This document shows, one piece after another, positions 1 to 8,300 of a DNA stretch of 32,000 bases (position 1 is the stretch's first letter; the number at the start of each line of letters is the position of its first letter). The position numbers and the translations under genes were made by a program. The DNA is from Candidatus Scalindua sp. (GTDB lineage Bacteria > Planctomycetota > Brocadiia > Brocadiales > Scalinduaceae). The stretch covers positions 3,960,001 through 3,992,000 of the forward strand of contig JALDRA010000001.1 in NCBI GenBank assembly GCA_031316235.1. Direction: 5' to 3'. The notes under the pieces are model-generated. The model did not search any database, had not been told where the DNA came from, and saw only the letters and a list, made by a program, of their open reading frames with translations.

Positions 1-9
1 ACAGAGTAG

Positions 10-663
10 ATGAATTTTTTCAAGAGAACTGTCCCCTTATTCATTGCATTCACTATGGGGGTAATGATGGCTTTTCAATACTATGTTCCGCATGAGATGT
101 CACAGTCCCTGTTAAAGATTGTTTCACGGTGGGGTATTACAATAGGAGGTTTTGCCGTTTTTTTAGGCGCTTACAGCCTCTTCCATCTTCACCTGACGAA
201 AATCAAGCGAAAACTCTCCGGTTGGGGATATAGCATATTTGTTTTTTTTGGTGCCGGAATTACCATAATTTTTGGCCTCTATAATGGTGGAGAGTTCTTC
301 TGGAATGACAAGCAGGAAGGAACCATGTTTGAATGGATATACTTCAACGTACAGGTTCCTGCCGGTGCAACCATGTTTTCTATCTTGGCATTTTTTATGG
401 CATCAGCCGCATACAGGACATTCAAGGCCAGGACGAATGAGGCTACTATTCTCCTCATTGCTGCCATCATAGTAATGCTTGGCCGTGTACCGATAGGTAC
501 AATGATTTCGCAATACATCCCTGTTGCAGCGGACTGGATCATGTCTGTTCCTAACATGGCGGCAAAAAGAGGCATATTAATCGGTGTATCAATTGGAGCT
601 ATTGCAACATCGTTAAAGATAATTTTTGGTATTGAAAGGGCATACCTTGGAGGTGGAGATTGA
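10..663 (+). CDS. Hypothetical polytopic inner-membrane protein, first gene of a 3-gene module
   Basis: 217-aa ORF starting at ATG 10, with about 5-6 hydrophobic helices (e.g. VPLFIAFTMGVMMAF, ITIGGFAVFLGAYSLF, ILLIAAIIVMLG). Its TGA stop (661-663) overlaps the TTG start of the next ORF (TTGA). No recognisable family motif. Confidence 0.6.
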   Translation: MNFFKRTVPLFIAFTMGVMMAFQYYVPHEMSQSLLKIVSRWGITIGGFAVFLGAYSLFHLHLTKIKRKLSGWGYSIFVFFGAGITIIFGLYNGGEFFWNDKQEGTMFEWIYFNVQVPAGATMFSILAFFMASAAYRTFKARTNEATILLIAAIIVMLGRVPIGTMISQYIPVAADWIMSVPNMAAKRGILIGVSIGAIATSLKIIFGIERAYLGGGD

Positions 664-1472
664 TAGAAAGGTTGATCAATATTGACAGACGCTTGATCTT
701 TGTGCTTGTTGCAATGGCGGTAACCATCCCTCTTCTTGCCAGATTTAATTTGCCTGTGCGTACTACGAAAGAGGTGGAGAACATCTATAATAAAATCAAT
801 TCTCTCCCGAAGAATTCACACATCCTTATTGCCTTTGATTATGACCCTGCATCAAAGGAGGAACTCCAACCAATGGCTGAGGCATTACTCCATCACTGTT
901 ACCGCAACGATATCAAGGTGGTTGGCATGACACTGAATCCAGGTGGTACCGGTCTGGCGGTAAGAGCCATTGAGGATATTGGAAAAGAGTATGGTAAAAC
1001 AAAAGGTGCCGACTTTGTCTTTCTCGGGTATAAGACAGGGGTTGAGCTGGTTATGATAAATATGGGTGAAAATATCTTTTCAGCCTTTCCGCAGGACTTT
1101 CATGGTAATGCGACAATTGATTTACCGGTACTCAATGGTGTTGATTCTCTGGAGGATTTCGATTATGTTGTCGACCTGGCATCTGGTTCAAGCATCGAGG
1201 CATGGATTGCATTTGGAAAAGAGAAATATGGATTTGATTTTGGTGCAGGATGTACGGCCGTAATAGGACCTGACATGTATCCTTTCATGCAGTCTGAGCA
1301 GCTGAATGGATTGATGAGTGGTTTAAAGGGTGCTGCCGAGTATGAAACACTCATTGAACGGGAATCATCTGCTGTTGCCGGGATGTCTCCTCAGAGTGTA
1401 GTTCATGTGCTTGTCGTCCTGTTCGTACTATTTGGAAATGCTATGTACTTTCTGAGCAGAAAGAAGAGATAA
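660..1472 (+). CDS. Hypothetical membrane-anchored protein with N- and C-terminal TM helices flanking a soluble alpha/beta-like domain
   Basis: 270-aa ORF with a TTG start at 660, preceded by GGAGGTGGAGA (SD about 6 nt upstream) and overlapping the upstream stop. N-terminal helix LIFVLVAMAVTIPLLA and C-terminal helix VVHVLVVLFVLFGNAMYF. No family recognised. Confidence 0.6.
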   Translation: MIERLINIDRRLIFVLVAMAVTIPLLARFNLPVRTTKEVENIYNKINSLPKNSHILIAFDYDPASKEELQPMAEALLHHCYRNDIKVVGMTLNPGGTGLAVRAIEDIGKEYGKTKGADFVFLGYKTGVELVMINMGENIFSAFPQDFHGNATIDLPVLNGVDSLEDFDYVVDLASGSSIEAWIAFGKEKYGFDFGAGCTAVIGPDMYPFMQSEQLNGLMSGLKGAAEYETLIERESSAVAGMSPQSVVHVLVVLFVLFGNAMYFLSRKKR

Positions 1473-2210
1473 ATGATCAAAAGAAACAGAGACCTGTACA
1501 TTCTATTATCAATCCTCATACTGTTCTTTATTGTAAACATCATTTACCTCTCTTTTGGCTGGCTTGATCTATGGGGTAATGGGGCAGGCATAATTACGGG
1601 TGCAGCATTTACGCTTGCCATGTATAGTTTTCTCTATAAAGACAACCCCGTATTTAAAATTGCCGAAAACCTGTTTGTGGGAGTTGCCATGGGATATTGG
1701 ATTATAATCACCTGGTTTAATATCCTCAAACCGGATGTCTTTGAAACCTTGATCGTTCCGATCTTTAAAGATACGGGAAATCCTCCTCAATTTGGTGTTC
1801 TCTTTCCAACACTTCTTGGCATATTCATGCTCTTACGGTTTTCTAAGAAGCTGGCATGGCTCAGCAGATGGTCATTTGCATTTATTGTCGGCCTCGGAGC
1901 AGGAATCACCATTCCTAACTTTATTCATGCGTTTATCTTGAAACAGCTCACGTTTGATTCCTTAATTAGCACAAGTATTCCCGCCAGTATGAACAATTTC
2001 CTGATTCTCCTGGGGATAGTGTCGGTCTTAATCTATTTCTTCTTTTCTGTAGAACATAAAGGTGTTGTTGGAGGGGTGTCTGTTATTGGTATCTGGTTTT
2101 TAATGATAGCATTTGGCGCCTCCTTCGGTTACACGGTAATGGCGAGAATGTCGCTTCTGATAGGACGGATACAGTTCCTCATCGGGGACTGGCTCGGGTT
2201 ACTGCAATAA
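1473..2210 (+). CDS. Hypothetical polytopic inner-membrane protein, third gene of the module
   Basis: 245-aa ORF whose ATG directly abuts the upstream TAA (TAAATG). About 6-7 hydrophobic helices. No family recognised. Confidence 0.6.
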   Translation: MIKRNRDLYILLSILILFFIVNIIYLSFGWLDLWGNGAGIITGAAFTLAMYSFLYKDNPVFKIAENLFVGVAMGYWIIITWFNILKPDVFETLIVPIFKDTGNPPQFGVLFPTLLGIFMLLRFSKKLAWLSRWSFAFIVGLGAGITIPNFIHAFILKQLTFDSLISTSIPASMNNFLILLGIVSVLIYFFFSVEHKGVVGGVSVIGIWFLMIAFGASFGYTVMARMSLLIGRIQFLIGDWLGLLQ

Positions 2211-2272
2211 ATCCATGATTTACAGACAATCAGACAAATTCACTATCCGGTACTGTAATCACCTTCTTATTT

Positions 2273-3241
2273 TCACTCTGCCTGTAATTTTGAAAGGATA
2301 CCTGCCCTTAACAACGGGATCATTATCTCATGATGACCGGTAAGGGAATATCCTTTGTTACCGGGGCGTTTGACAACGTTTGTCAGCGGTCGGTAGTGTT
2401 GGATCATATCCATATTGACGGCAGTGAAATTGTCTACTTTCCGGCCAAGGTTTCTGGAAACTGTCAATGCCTTTAAAAAAACCTCAGGCATGATAACAGC
2501 AGATCCTATATTCAGCCATACTCCCCCTTCAAGCTCCGTTACAACTGAACAGAGTATACGGAAATCAACATGACTTGATTCACCAAGGTCGGCGGAAGAT
2601 ATGTTCGGGTGCATATAAATCGTATCTGTTCCTATAGCCGTATGAATTGTTAACGGGATATTTAAACTGGCGGCAGCTGCAAGAACACTGAACTGTTCAT
2701 GGATATTTCTGTCTTTGATTATTATGTTCCCTAACGCCCTGCCAAGTCCTGTTTCTCCGATATTTCCCTCCTCTTTTAATGATCCCCGGGAAGCCGCTCG
2801 CTGAAAGGCTTTAACGGTTTCCTTTGCCATTCCAAAACTTCCGTCTTCAAGACTATGGGCAACGTCCTCGGAAGTCTCCCCTATCAGTGAAATCTCGTAG
2901 TCATGGATTGCCGCGGCACTATTCATCGCTACTGCAGTTACAATATTCCGCTCCATAAGATCTATGAGAAGAGGAGAGAGACCACACTTTATCACGTGGG
3001 CTCCAATTGCGAGAACAACGTGTTTTCCTTGATTTGCAGCCTTGACAATGGACTCGATCACCTCCCGAAGGTAATTACCAGCGAGGAGCTTTGGTATTGA
3101 ACCGAGGAATATGCCAAAGTCTTTTTGTTCTGTGACACCGGCAAACTGTTTCAGGTTTACCAGGTTCTTCCTCTTCTTGATTGAAGAACTACGTATACCG
3201 GAAAGGTCTATCGGCCTCTGTTCCTTCTTATGTTTTTCCAA
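2273..3241 (-). CDS. Deoxyhypusine synthase-like (DHS-fold, probably NAD-binding) family protein
   Basis: 322-aa ORF with an apparent TTG start. The segment VVLAIGAHVIKCGLSPLLIDLMERNIVTAVAMNSAAAIHDYE parallels the DHS core FLG-TSNL-SSG-R..L....VD..VTT.GG.E.D. A later WLNIGSAVIMPEVF resembles the DHS GGG-x-K-x-F region. Recognition is by motif memory only. Confidence 0.45.
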   Translation of the reverse strand: MEKHKKEQRPIDLSGIRSSSIKKRKNLVNLKQFAGVTEQKDFGIFLGSIPKLLAGNYLREVIESIVKAANQGKHVVLAIGAHVIKCGLSPLLIDLMERNIVTAVAMNSAAAIHDYEISLIGETSEDVAHSLEDGSFGMAKETVKAFQRAASRGSLKEEGNIGETGLGRALGNIIIKDRNIHEQFSVLAAAASLNIPLTIHTAIGTDTIYMHPNISSADLGESSHVDFRILCSVVTELEGGVWLNIGSAVIMPEVFLKALTVSRNLGRKVDNFTAVNMDMIQHYRPLTNVVKRPGNKGYSLTGHHEIMIPLLRAGILSKLQAE

Positions 3242-3429
3242 GGCTCAGAATTATTCCTTATAAACTACAATTAAAGAAAATAAGGCAACAGATTGTCATT
3301 CAGGTATCTATCGACTCTTTCATCTGGGTGGTTGTTCAGTCTCATCATCCTGGTAAGAGCATTGTGACAAACTCCTCCGCATTTGTCGGAAGGGTATTTA
3401 CAGGTATCACCGGTACGTACGGGGGACAA

Positions 3430-3987
3430 TCATTCTGACAGGGATTGGGCAGAATCCAGCATCGTAACTTTCCCGCGAAATGCCCCCCCCCTATGCACCA
3501 GAAATTTACTGCATGTTATCGTACCATAGAGCTCACCATGTTTTAATATTTCGATCATACCCGTTGCGTAAACGTCACCATTAATTCTACCCTTTATGAT
3601 CGCATTACCTACCCGTATTTTCGATATCTCAATAACACCCTTTCTTTTTAAATACAAATCACCGTGTGTTTCAATATTCTTGCCAAATACAGATTTTATC
3701 TTATGATGGCTCAGGTCATTACGGTGATAACAGTGGTTACATGCAACTGCCTGGGCGCTCTTATCGGTAAAGATCTCCCTGCCGCACTTAAAGCAGAGAA
3801 TCATTCTCTTTCCAACGATCGAAATTTTCTTTGCTTCTGAGGGCGAAAGAATCTCTTTTACGTTAATGTGCCGGTTACAGATGCGGCATGGTATTGATAC
3901 GCAATTCATGGACACCGAAATGCTCCCCTGACAATAGGGGCAGAGGATGTTTTTCGTTCCTTGAAACTCGCCGGTCTTGGAATTCAT
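3430..3987 (-). CDS. Bactofilin-domain protein with an N-terminal double zinc-ribbon
   Basis: 185-aa ORF. The N-terminus has two CxxC...CxxC pairs (CPYC..CRIC and CFKC..CNHC). The C-terminus has a bactofilin-type beta-helical repeat (VGNAIIKGRINGDVYATGMIEILKHGELYGTITCSKFLVHRGGAFRGKVTM). Confidence 0.7.
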   Translation of the reverse strand: MNSKTGEFQGTKNILCPYCQGSISVSMNCVSIPCRICNRHINVKEILSPSEAKKISIVGKRMILCFKCGREIFTDKSAQAVACNHCYHRNDLSHHKIKSVFGKNIETHGDLYLKRKGVIEISKIRVGNAIIKGRINGDVYATGMIEILKHGELYGTITCSKFLVHRGGAFRGKVTMLDSAQSLSE

Positions 3988-4066
3988 AAATCAACTTTAA
4001 TACGAAAAGAGTCACACATGAGCATGAGGAAGTCAGTAAAAAATAAAATGACAGGATATTACGCTA

Positions 4067-4591
4067 TCACTTTACCGAACTTTCAAAACGTTTCGGTTCC
4101 TTGATCGTGTCTCTCTTTTCTTCCGGCGAATTTCTCTTATCAAGTTTAAATCCATCTGGGTTAACGTCACATTGCCCCACAAAAACAACACCCTCTTCAA
4201 TAACCAGGGTTCTTGCCTTGAGATCACCCAGAAGCTGAGCCTTTTGTTTCAGTTCTACCCTCTCGGTAGCAATAATATTGCCATCAACACGGCCTTCAAT
4301 CGTCGCGTTTTTCACCTTTATATTTGCCTTGATACCGCCAGTCTTTCCCACAAAGACTTCTCCCTGATCTGTTATCATTTCACCTTCAAACTTTCCGTCA
4401 ATTTTCAAGGCCTTATCAAACTTGATTGTCCCTTTGATCTCCACGTCCTGTGTTATTTTCGTAATTGCGTCGTCACTCATTCTAGACTCCTTTCTCGGTT
4501 GATGTTCTTCTCTAATTTTTCCATGATTATTATCTGTTATGTTTTCCGATGCTACAGTTTTCTTTTCTACATTTTTTTTAAAAAGACTCAT
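4067..4591 (-). CDS. Bactofilin (polymer-forming cytoskeletal protein, DUF583 family)
   Basis: 174-aa ORF with a canonical bactofilin core (VEIKGTIKFDKALKIDGKFEGEMIT..VFVGKTGGIKANIKVKNATIEGRVDGNIIATERVELKQKAQLLGDLKARTLVIEEGVVFVGQCDV) and charged disordered termini. SD GGGAAGGGGTGAT lies immediately upstream of the ATG, 13 nt after the PEBP stop. Confidence 0.9.
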   Translation of the reverse strand: MSLFKKNVEKKTVASENITDNNHGKIREEHQPRKESRMSDDAITKITQDVEIKGTIKFDKALKIDGKFEGEMITDQGEVFVGKTGGIKANIKVKNATIEGRVDGNIIATERVELKQKAQLLGDLKARTLVIEEGVVFVGQCDVNPDGFKLDKRNSPEEKRDTIKEPKRFESSVK

Positions 4592-4604
4592 ATCACCCCT
4601 TCCC

Positions 4605-5174
4605 TTATCTATGGTAACGTCCCATAAGTTGCCCTTCTGCTAAAATATCATCCTTAATAGTGCTGAGGACATCTGCCTTTGTAGCACCAGCTGCTAAATC
4701 AAGATTCGATCCAACTGCGTACAAAGTAAAATAATAACGGTGTGTACCCCCCGGAGGGCATGGGCCACCGTAACCAATTCGACGGAAGTCATTGGTTCCC
4801 TGTTTAGCTCCATTCAAAACCTCTCCGGTGGCAGGGATGCCTTCAGGAAGTTTCAGTGTCTCTGGTGAGACCCCATACAGCACCCAGTGGACCCACGTTC
4901 CCACTGGCGCATCTGGATCGTCACATATCAGGACAAAACACCCTGTTCCTTCCGGGGGTGATGTCCATGCTAGAGGAGGAGAAACATCAGGGCCATCACA
5001 GGTATATTTTTCAGGTATCAGTGCCCCCTCTTCAAAGGCATTACTTGTTACTTCCAGCTTCATTGCAAAGTCCTCCTTTTCCAATTGTTCAGCTTGAATT
5101 TCTGCAAGGTTGAAAACAAAAAAAACAGTACAAAAGCAAACTGTATATGAACATACAGTATAGTATTTTGTCAT
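4605..5174 (-). CDS. Secreted YbhB/YbcL-family phosphatidylethanolamine-binding protein (PEBP, Raf-kinase-inhibitor-like)
   Basis: Family motifs CDDPDAPVGTWVHW and GYGGPCPPGGTHRYYFTLYA are present. The ORF track starts at 5207, but ATG 5174 has GGGGAGAG about 7 nt upstream and yields a signal-peptide-like N-terminus (MTKYYTVCSYTVCFCTVFFVFNLAEIQA). Confidence 0.85.
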   Translation of the reverse strand: MTKYYTVCSYTVCFCTVFFVFNLAEIQAEQLEKEDFAMKLEVTSNAFEEGALIPEKYTCDGPDVSPPLAWTSPPEGTGCFVLICDDPDAPVGTWVHWVLYGVSPETLKLPEGIPATGEVLNGAKQGTNDFRRIGYGGPCPPGGTHRYYFTLYAVGSNLDLAAGATKADVLSTIKDDILAEGQLMGRYHR

Positions 5175-5300
5175 GAAAACTCTCCCCATTGTGTCACAGT
5201 GTTTCAACGACCTGTAGTTACTCTCACAGCAGAAGTAGTCTTCTCCAGCACTTTTAAAGAAGATAAGCAGCTCTTGTGCTCCCTGTCACTATTACTCTCC

Positions 5301-5333
5301 AAAACTCAGGAATGCTGCGGCTTAAGCAATTCC
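5301..5333 (-). terminator. Possible weak intrinsic terminator after the fusion ORF
   Basis: On the minus strand, GGAATTGC-TTAAGCCGCA-GCATTCC forms an imperfect stem with one bulge, followed by TGAGTTTTGG. It lies 15 nt downstream of the stop at 5348. Confidence 0.3.
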
Positions 5334-5347
5334 GGCAGAGAACCAGC

Positions 5348-8300
5348 TTAACGGCAGGGTACAAATCTAACAACCGATTTTTTGTCCCTAACCATCTCTC
5401 CAAGAAGGTTTAAAGTTCTATCGATCTCCTCCATTGTATTACCAAGGCCTAATGAGAAGCGGAGTGAACAGTGTGCCTCTTCTTCAGACAGTCCCATTGC
5501 CAGCAAGGCGTACGATGGTTTCGGTGATCCTGAACGGCACGCCGAACCTGAAGAGAGACTGACTCCTTTCTGATCAAGGGCAAGAACCACTGATTCCCCG
5601 CGTATCCCCGGTAAAGTTATATTGAGTGTATTGGGTAATCTTTTTTCAGAGTTGGCATTTAACTTCGAATCAGTAATTAATGACCTGATACCATTCTCCA
5701 GCCTGTCACGCAGCCGTTTTACCCTGCTCATTTCAGGTAATCTCTGCACCGAAAGTTCAGCGGCCTTACCGAGCCCGACAATCCCTAATACGTTTTCAGT
5801 TCCGGCACGCATTCCTCCCTCCTGATTGCCACCACTGACAAGAGGTTCCAGGACAACACCCTTCCGAATATATAAAACGCCGATCCCCTTGGGGCCATAT
5901 AACTTGTGGCCAGAAAGTGTAAGAAAATCAACCCCAAGTTCCGTGACATCGATCGGAATCTTACCAACTGCCTGTACACAATCAGTATGAAAAAGAACAT
6001 TCTGTTCCTTCGCCACATGCACCAGCTCTTCGATCGGTTGAATAGAGCCTGTTTCGTTGTTGGCCATCATAACACTTACAAGACATGTCCTATCGGTAAT
6101 CGCAGAGCGTAAATCTTCTGGATTGATGCTCTTCTTACGGTCAACCTCAAGATAGGTAACGGAAAAACCATGACTTTCAAGCCACTTGCATGTATTCATA
6201 ACTGATGGGTGTTCTATTGATGTTGTAATAATATGGTTTTTTGTACCCCAGTTTGCAAATGCAACACCCTTTATGGCAAGATTGTTTGCCTCTGAACCGC
6301 TGCCGGTAAATGTTATCCGCCGTGCAGTGCAATTAAGGAGCTGCCCTACACTTCTTCGTGCGGACTCAACTGCAAACCTTGCATCTTTTCCTTCGCTGTA
6401 AATACTGGAAGGATTTCCATGGCCGTTTGCTACATAGCGCTGCATGATATCCTTCACTTCCAGGTCAAGGGGCGTTGTTGCATTGTGGTCGAGATAAATA
6501 CGTTGTGTAGTTGTTCGAGATTCCTTACAGGAATCCTCCAGGCCAGCGGAGTCACCATACTCGCCAGAGTCAATGACTACCTTTTCCTCAGTCTCTGAAG
6601 CAGAGACCACTTCACATAAGAGAGTCTTATATACCGGGAATCCAGAAATAGGATCGTAACGCTGGAGATCTGTTAACTCATTGATATTGCAATTTTTCCA
6701 CCGGTCAGGTCCAATGGGCCCTCCACCGCCCATGTTGGCATCAATAGAGCCCCTTACAATATCATCGGTGACCAATGCACGCATGGTAACCTTACCCCGT
6801 TCGTTGATAATATGCACAAGATCTCCATTCTTGATATCCCGTTTTTCTGCATCATCGGTATTCATTGTTACCGTCGGTTCCGGTCTCTCTCTCAATAATC
6901 CGGCTATTCCATGATGCTGTGACCGGAAGTCGGTATTCACACGCGAACCCGAATTGAAGATCAGAGGGAATTTTTCTGAAAGCTCTGGTTGGGCAAGTGG
7001 TCCTTCACCTGGTTCAGTGTAGACGGGCAACGGATCATAACCGTGCTCTTCAAGAATTGTCGAGGCTATTTCAAATTTTCCCGTTGGAGTGTTGAAGCCA
7101 GGTTTACCGTCAGCTCGCAGCAACCCCTTTTCCCACTTCTTATACTCCATCATTACCGAAGGTATTTCTACGGTTCCTTCTGCACTTTTCACCTCTTCAA
7201 GGGTAAAGCCTGAGTCCTTTAACACATGTCGAAGGAGTTCATCCTCATTTTGGGGGTAGAGATTCCCATACCCAAGACGTTGCGCCAGTTCCGCAAGGAT
7301 AAAGAAATCGTTACGTGCCTCACCTACCGGCTCAACAACTTTTTCCCGTATACGAAATATCGGGCCGTAAACCATATACGACTCAATTTCATACATGGTT
7401 GTTGCCGGCAGAACAATGTCAGCGTATGCAGCATCTGCCGTTAACTGGCGATCAATCGTAACGAGAAAATCAAGACTGTTCAATGTCTTTCTCCATATAG
7501 CGGGTTGAGGCCAGGAAGTAATAATTGAACCTCCGAGGATTATGAGAGATCGTACAGGATAAGGTTTTCCTTCCAGAACTGCATCCGGTAATGCAATTGC
7601 ATGAGACTCCCCCCGATATTCACTGTAGACAGGAAATCGATCTCTGCCTAAAGCCTTTCGGACATCAGGATTGGCAACGTGCCCTTCTCGATTGACGGGA
7701 AATTGGTTCTGCCGCATCGAAAAGCAACGACCACCAGGGACATCAAGCTGTCTGGCAATGGCCCAGAGAACCATCGTAGCCCGAATAGCCTGTACCCCGC
7801 TGTCGCTATACTCAAGTCCCGTATACATGACCGTTGACGCCCCATCTGCCTCTGCAATCCTCCTGGCAAGAGATCTGATCGTCTCAGCCGGAATATCCGA
7901 AATAGTTTCCACGGTTTCTGGTGTAAAATGCTGCACATACCTGGCAAAATCATCAAAACCTACCGTCCAATCCTTTATAAAACCCTCATCATACAATTCC
8001 TCTTCTATGAGCACATTACACATTCCCAGAGCGAGGGCACCATCAGTACCGGAACGAATGGGAATCCACTCCGCATCAGTAAGTTTTGCCGTCATGGTTC
8101 TTCTCGGATCAATGACTACAACTTGAGCTCCCCGTTTTTGAGCGTTCACAATCCTGCTGAGATCGAGTGGTGGGCAATCAGTAGCCGGGTTTGTTCCCCA
8201 GACCACGATTAATTGAGAATTTTCAATGTCAGAAAACATGTTCATAAGCATTCCCCCCATGGTCACATGGGGAGCAATCATTGCAAATGAAACATAACAG

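Noticed and set aside
4172-4627. 151-aa ORF on the + strand
   Set aside because: It is entirely antisense to the canonical bactofilin gene. Its translation is Phe/Leu/Ser-rich with no motifs, so it is a shadow ORF.
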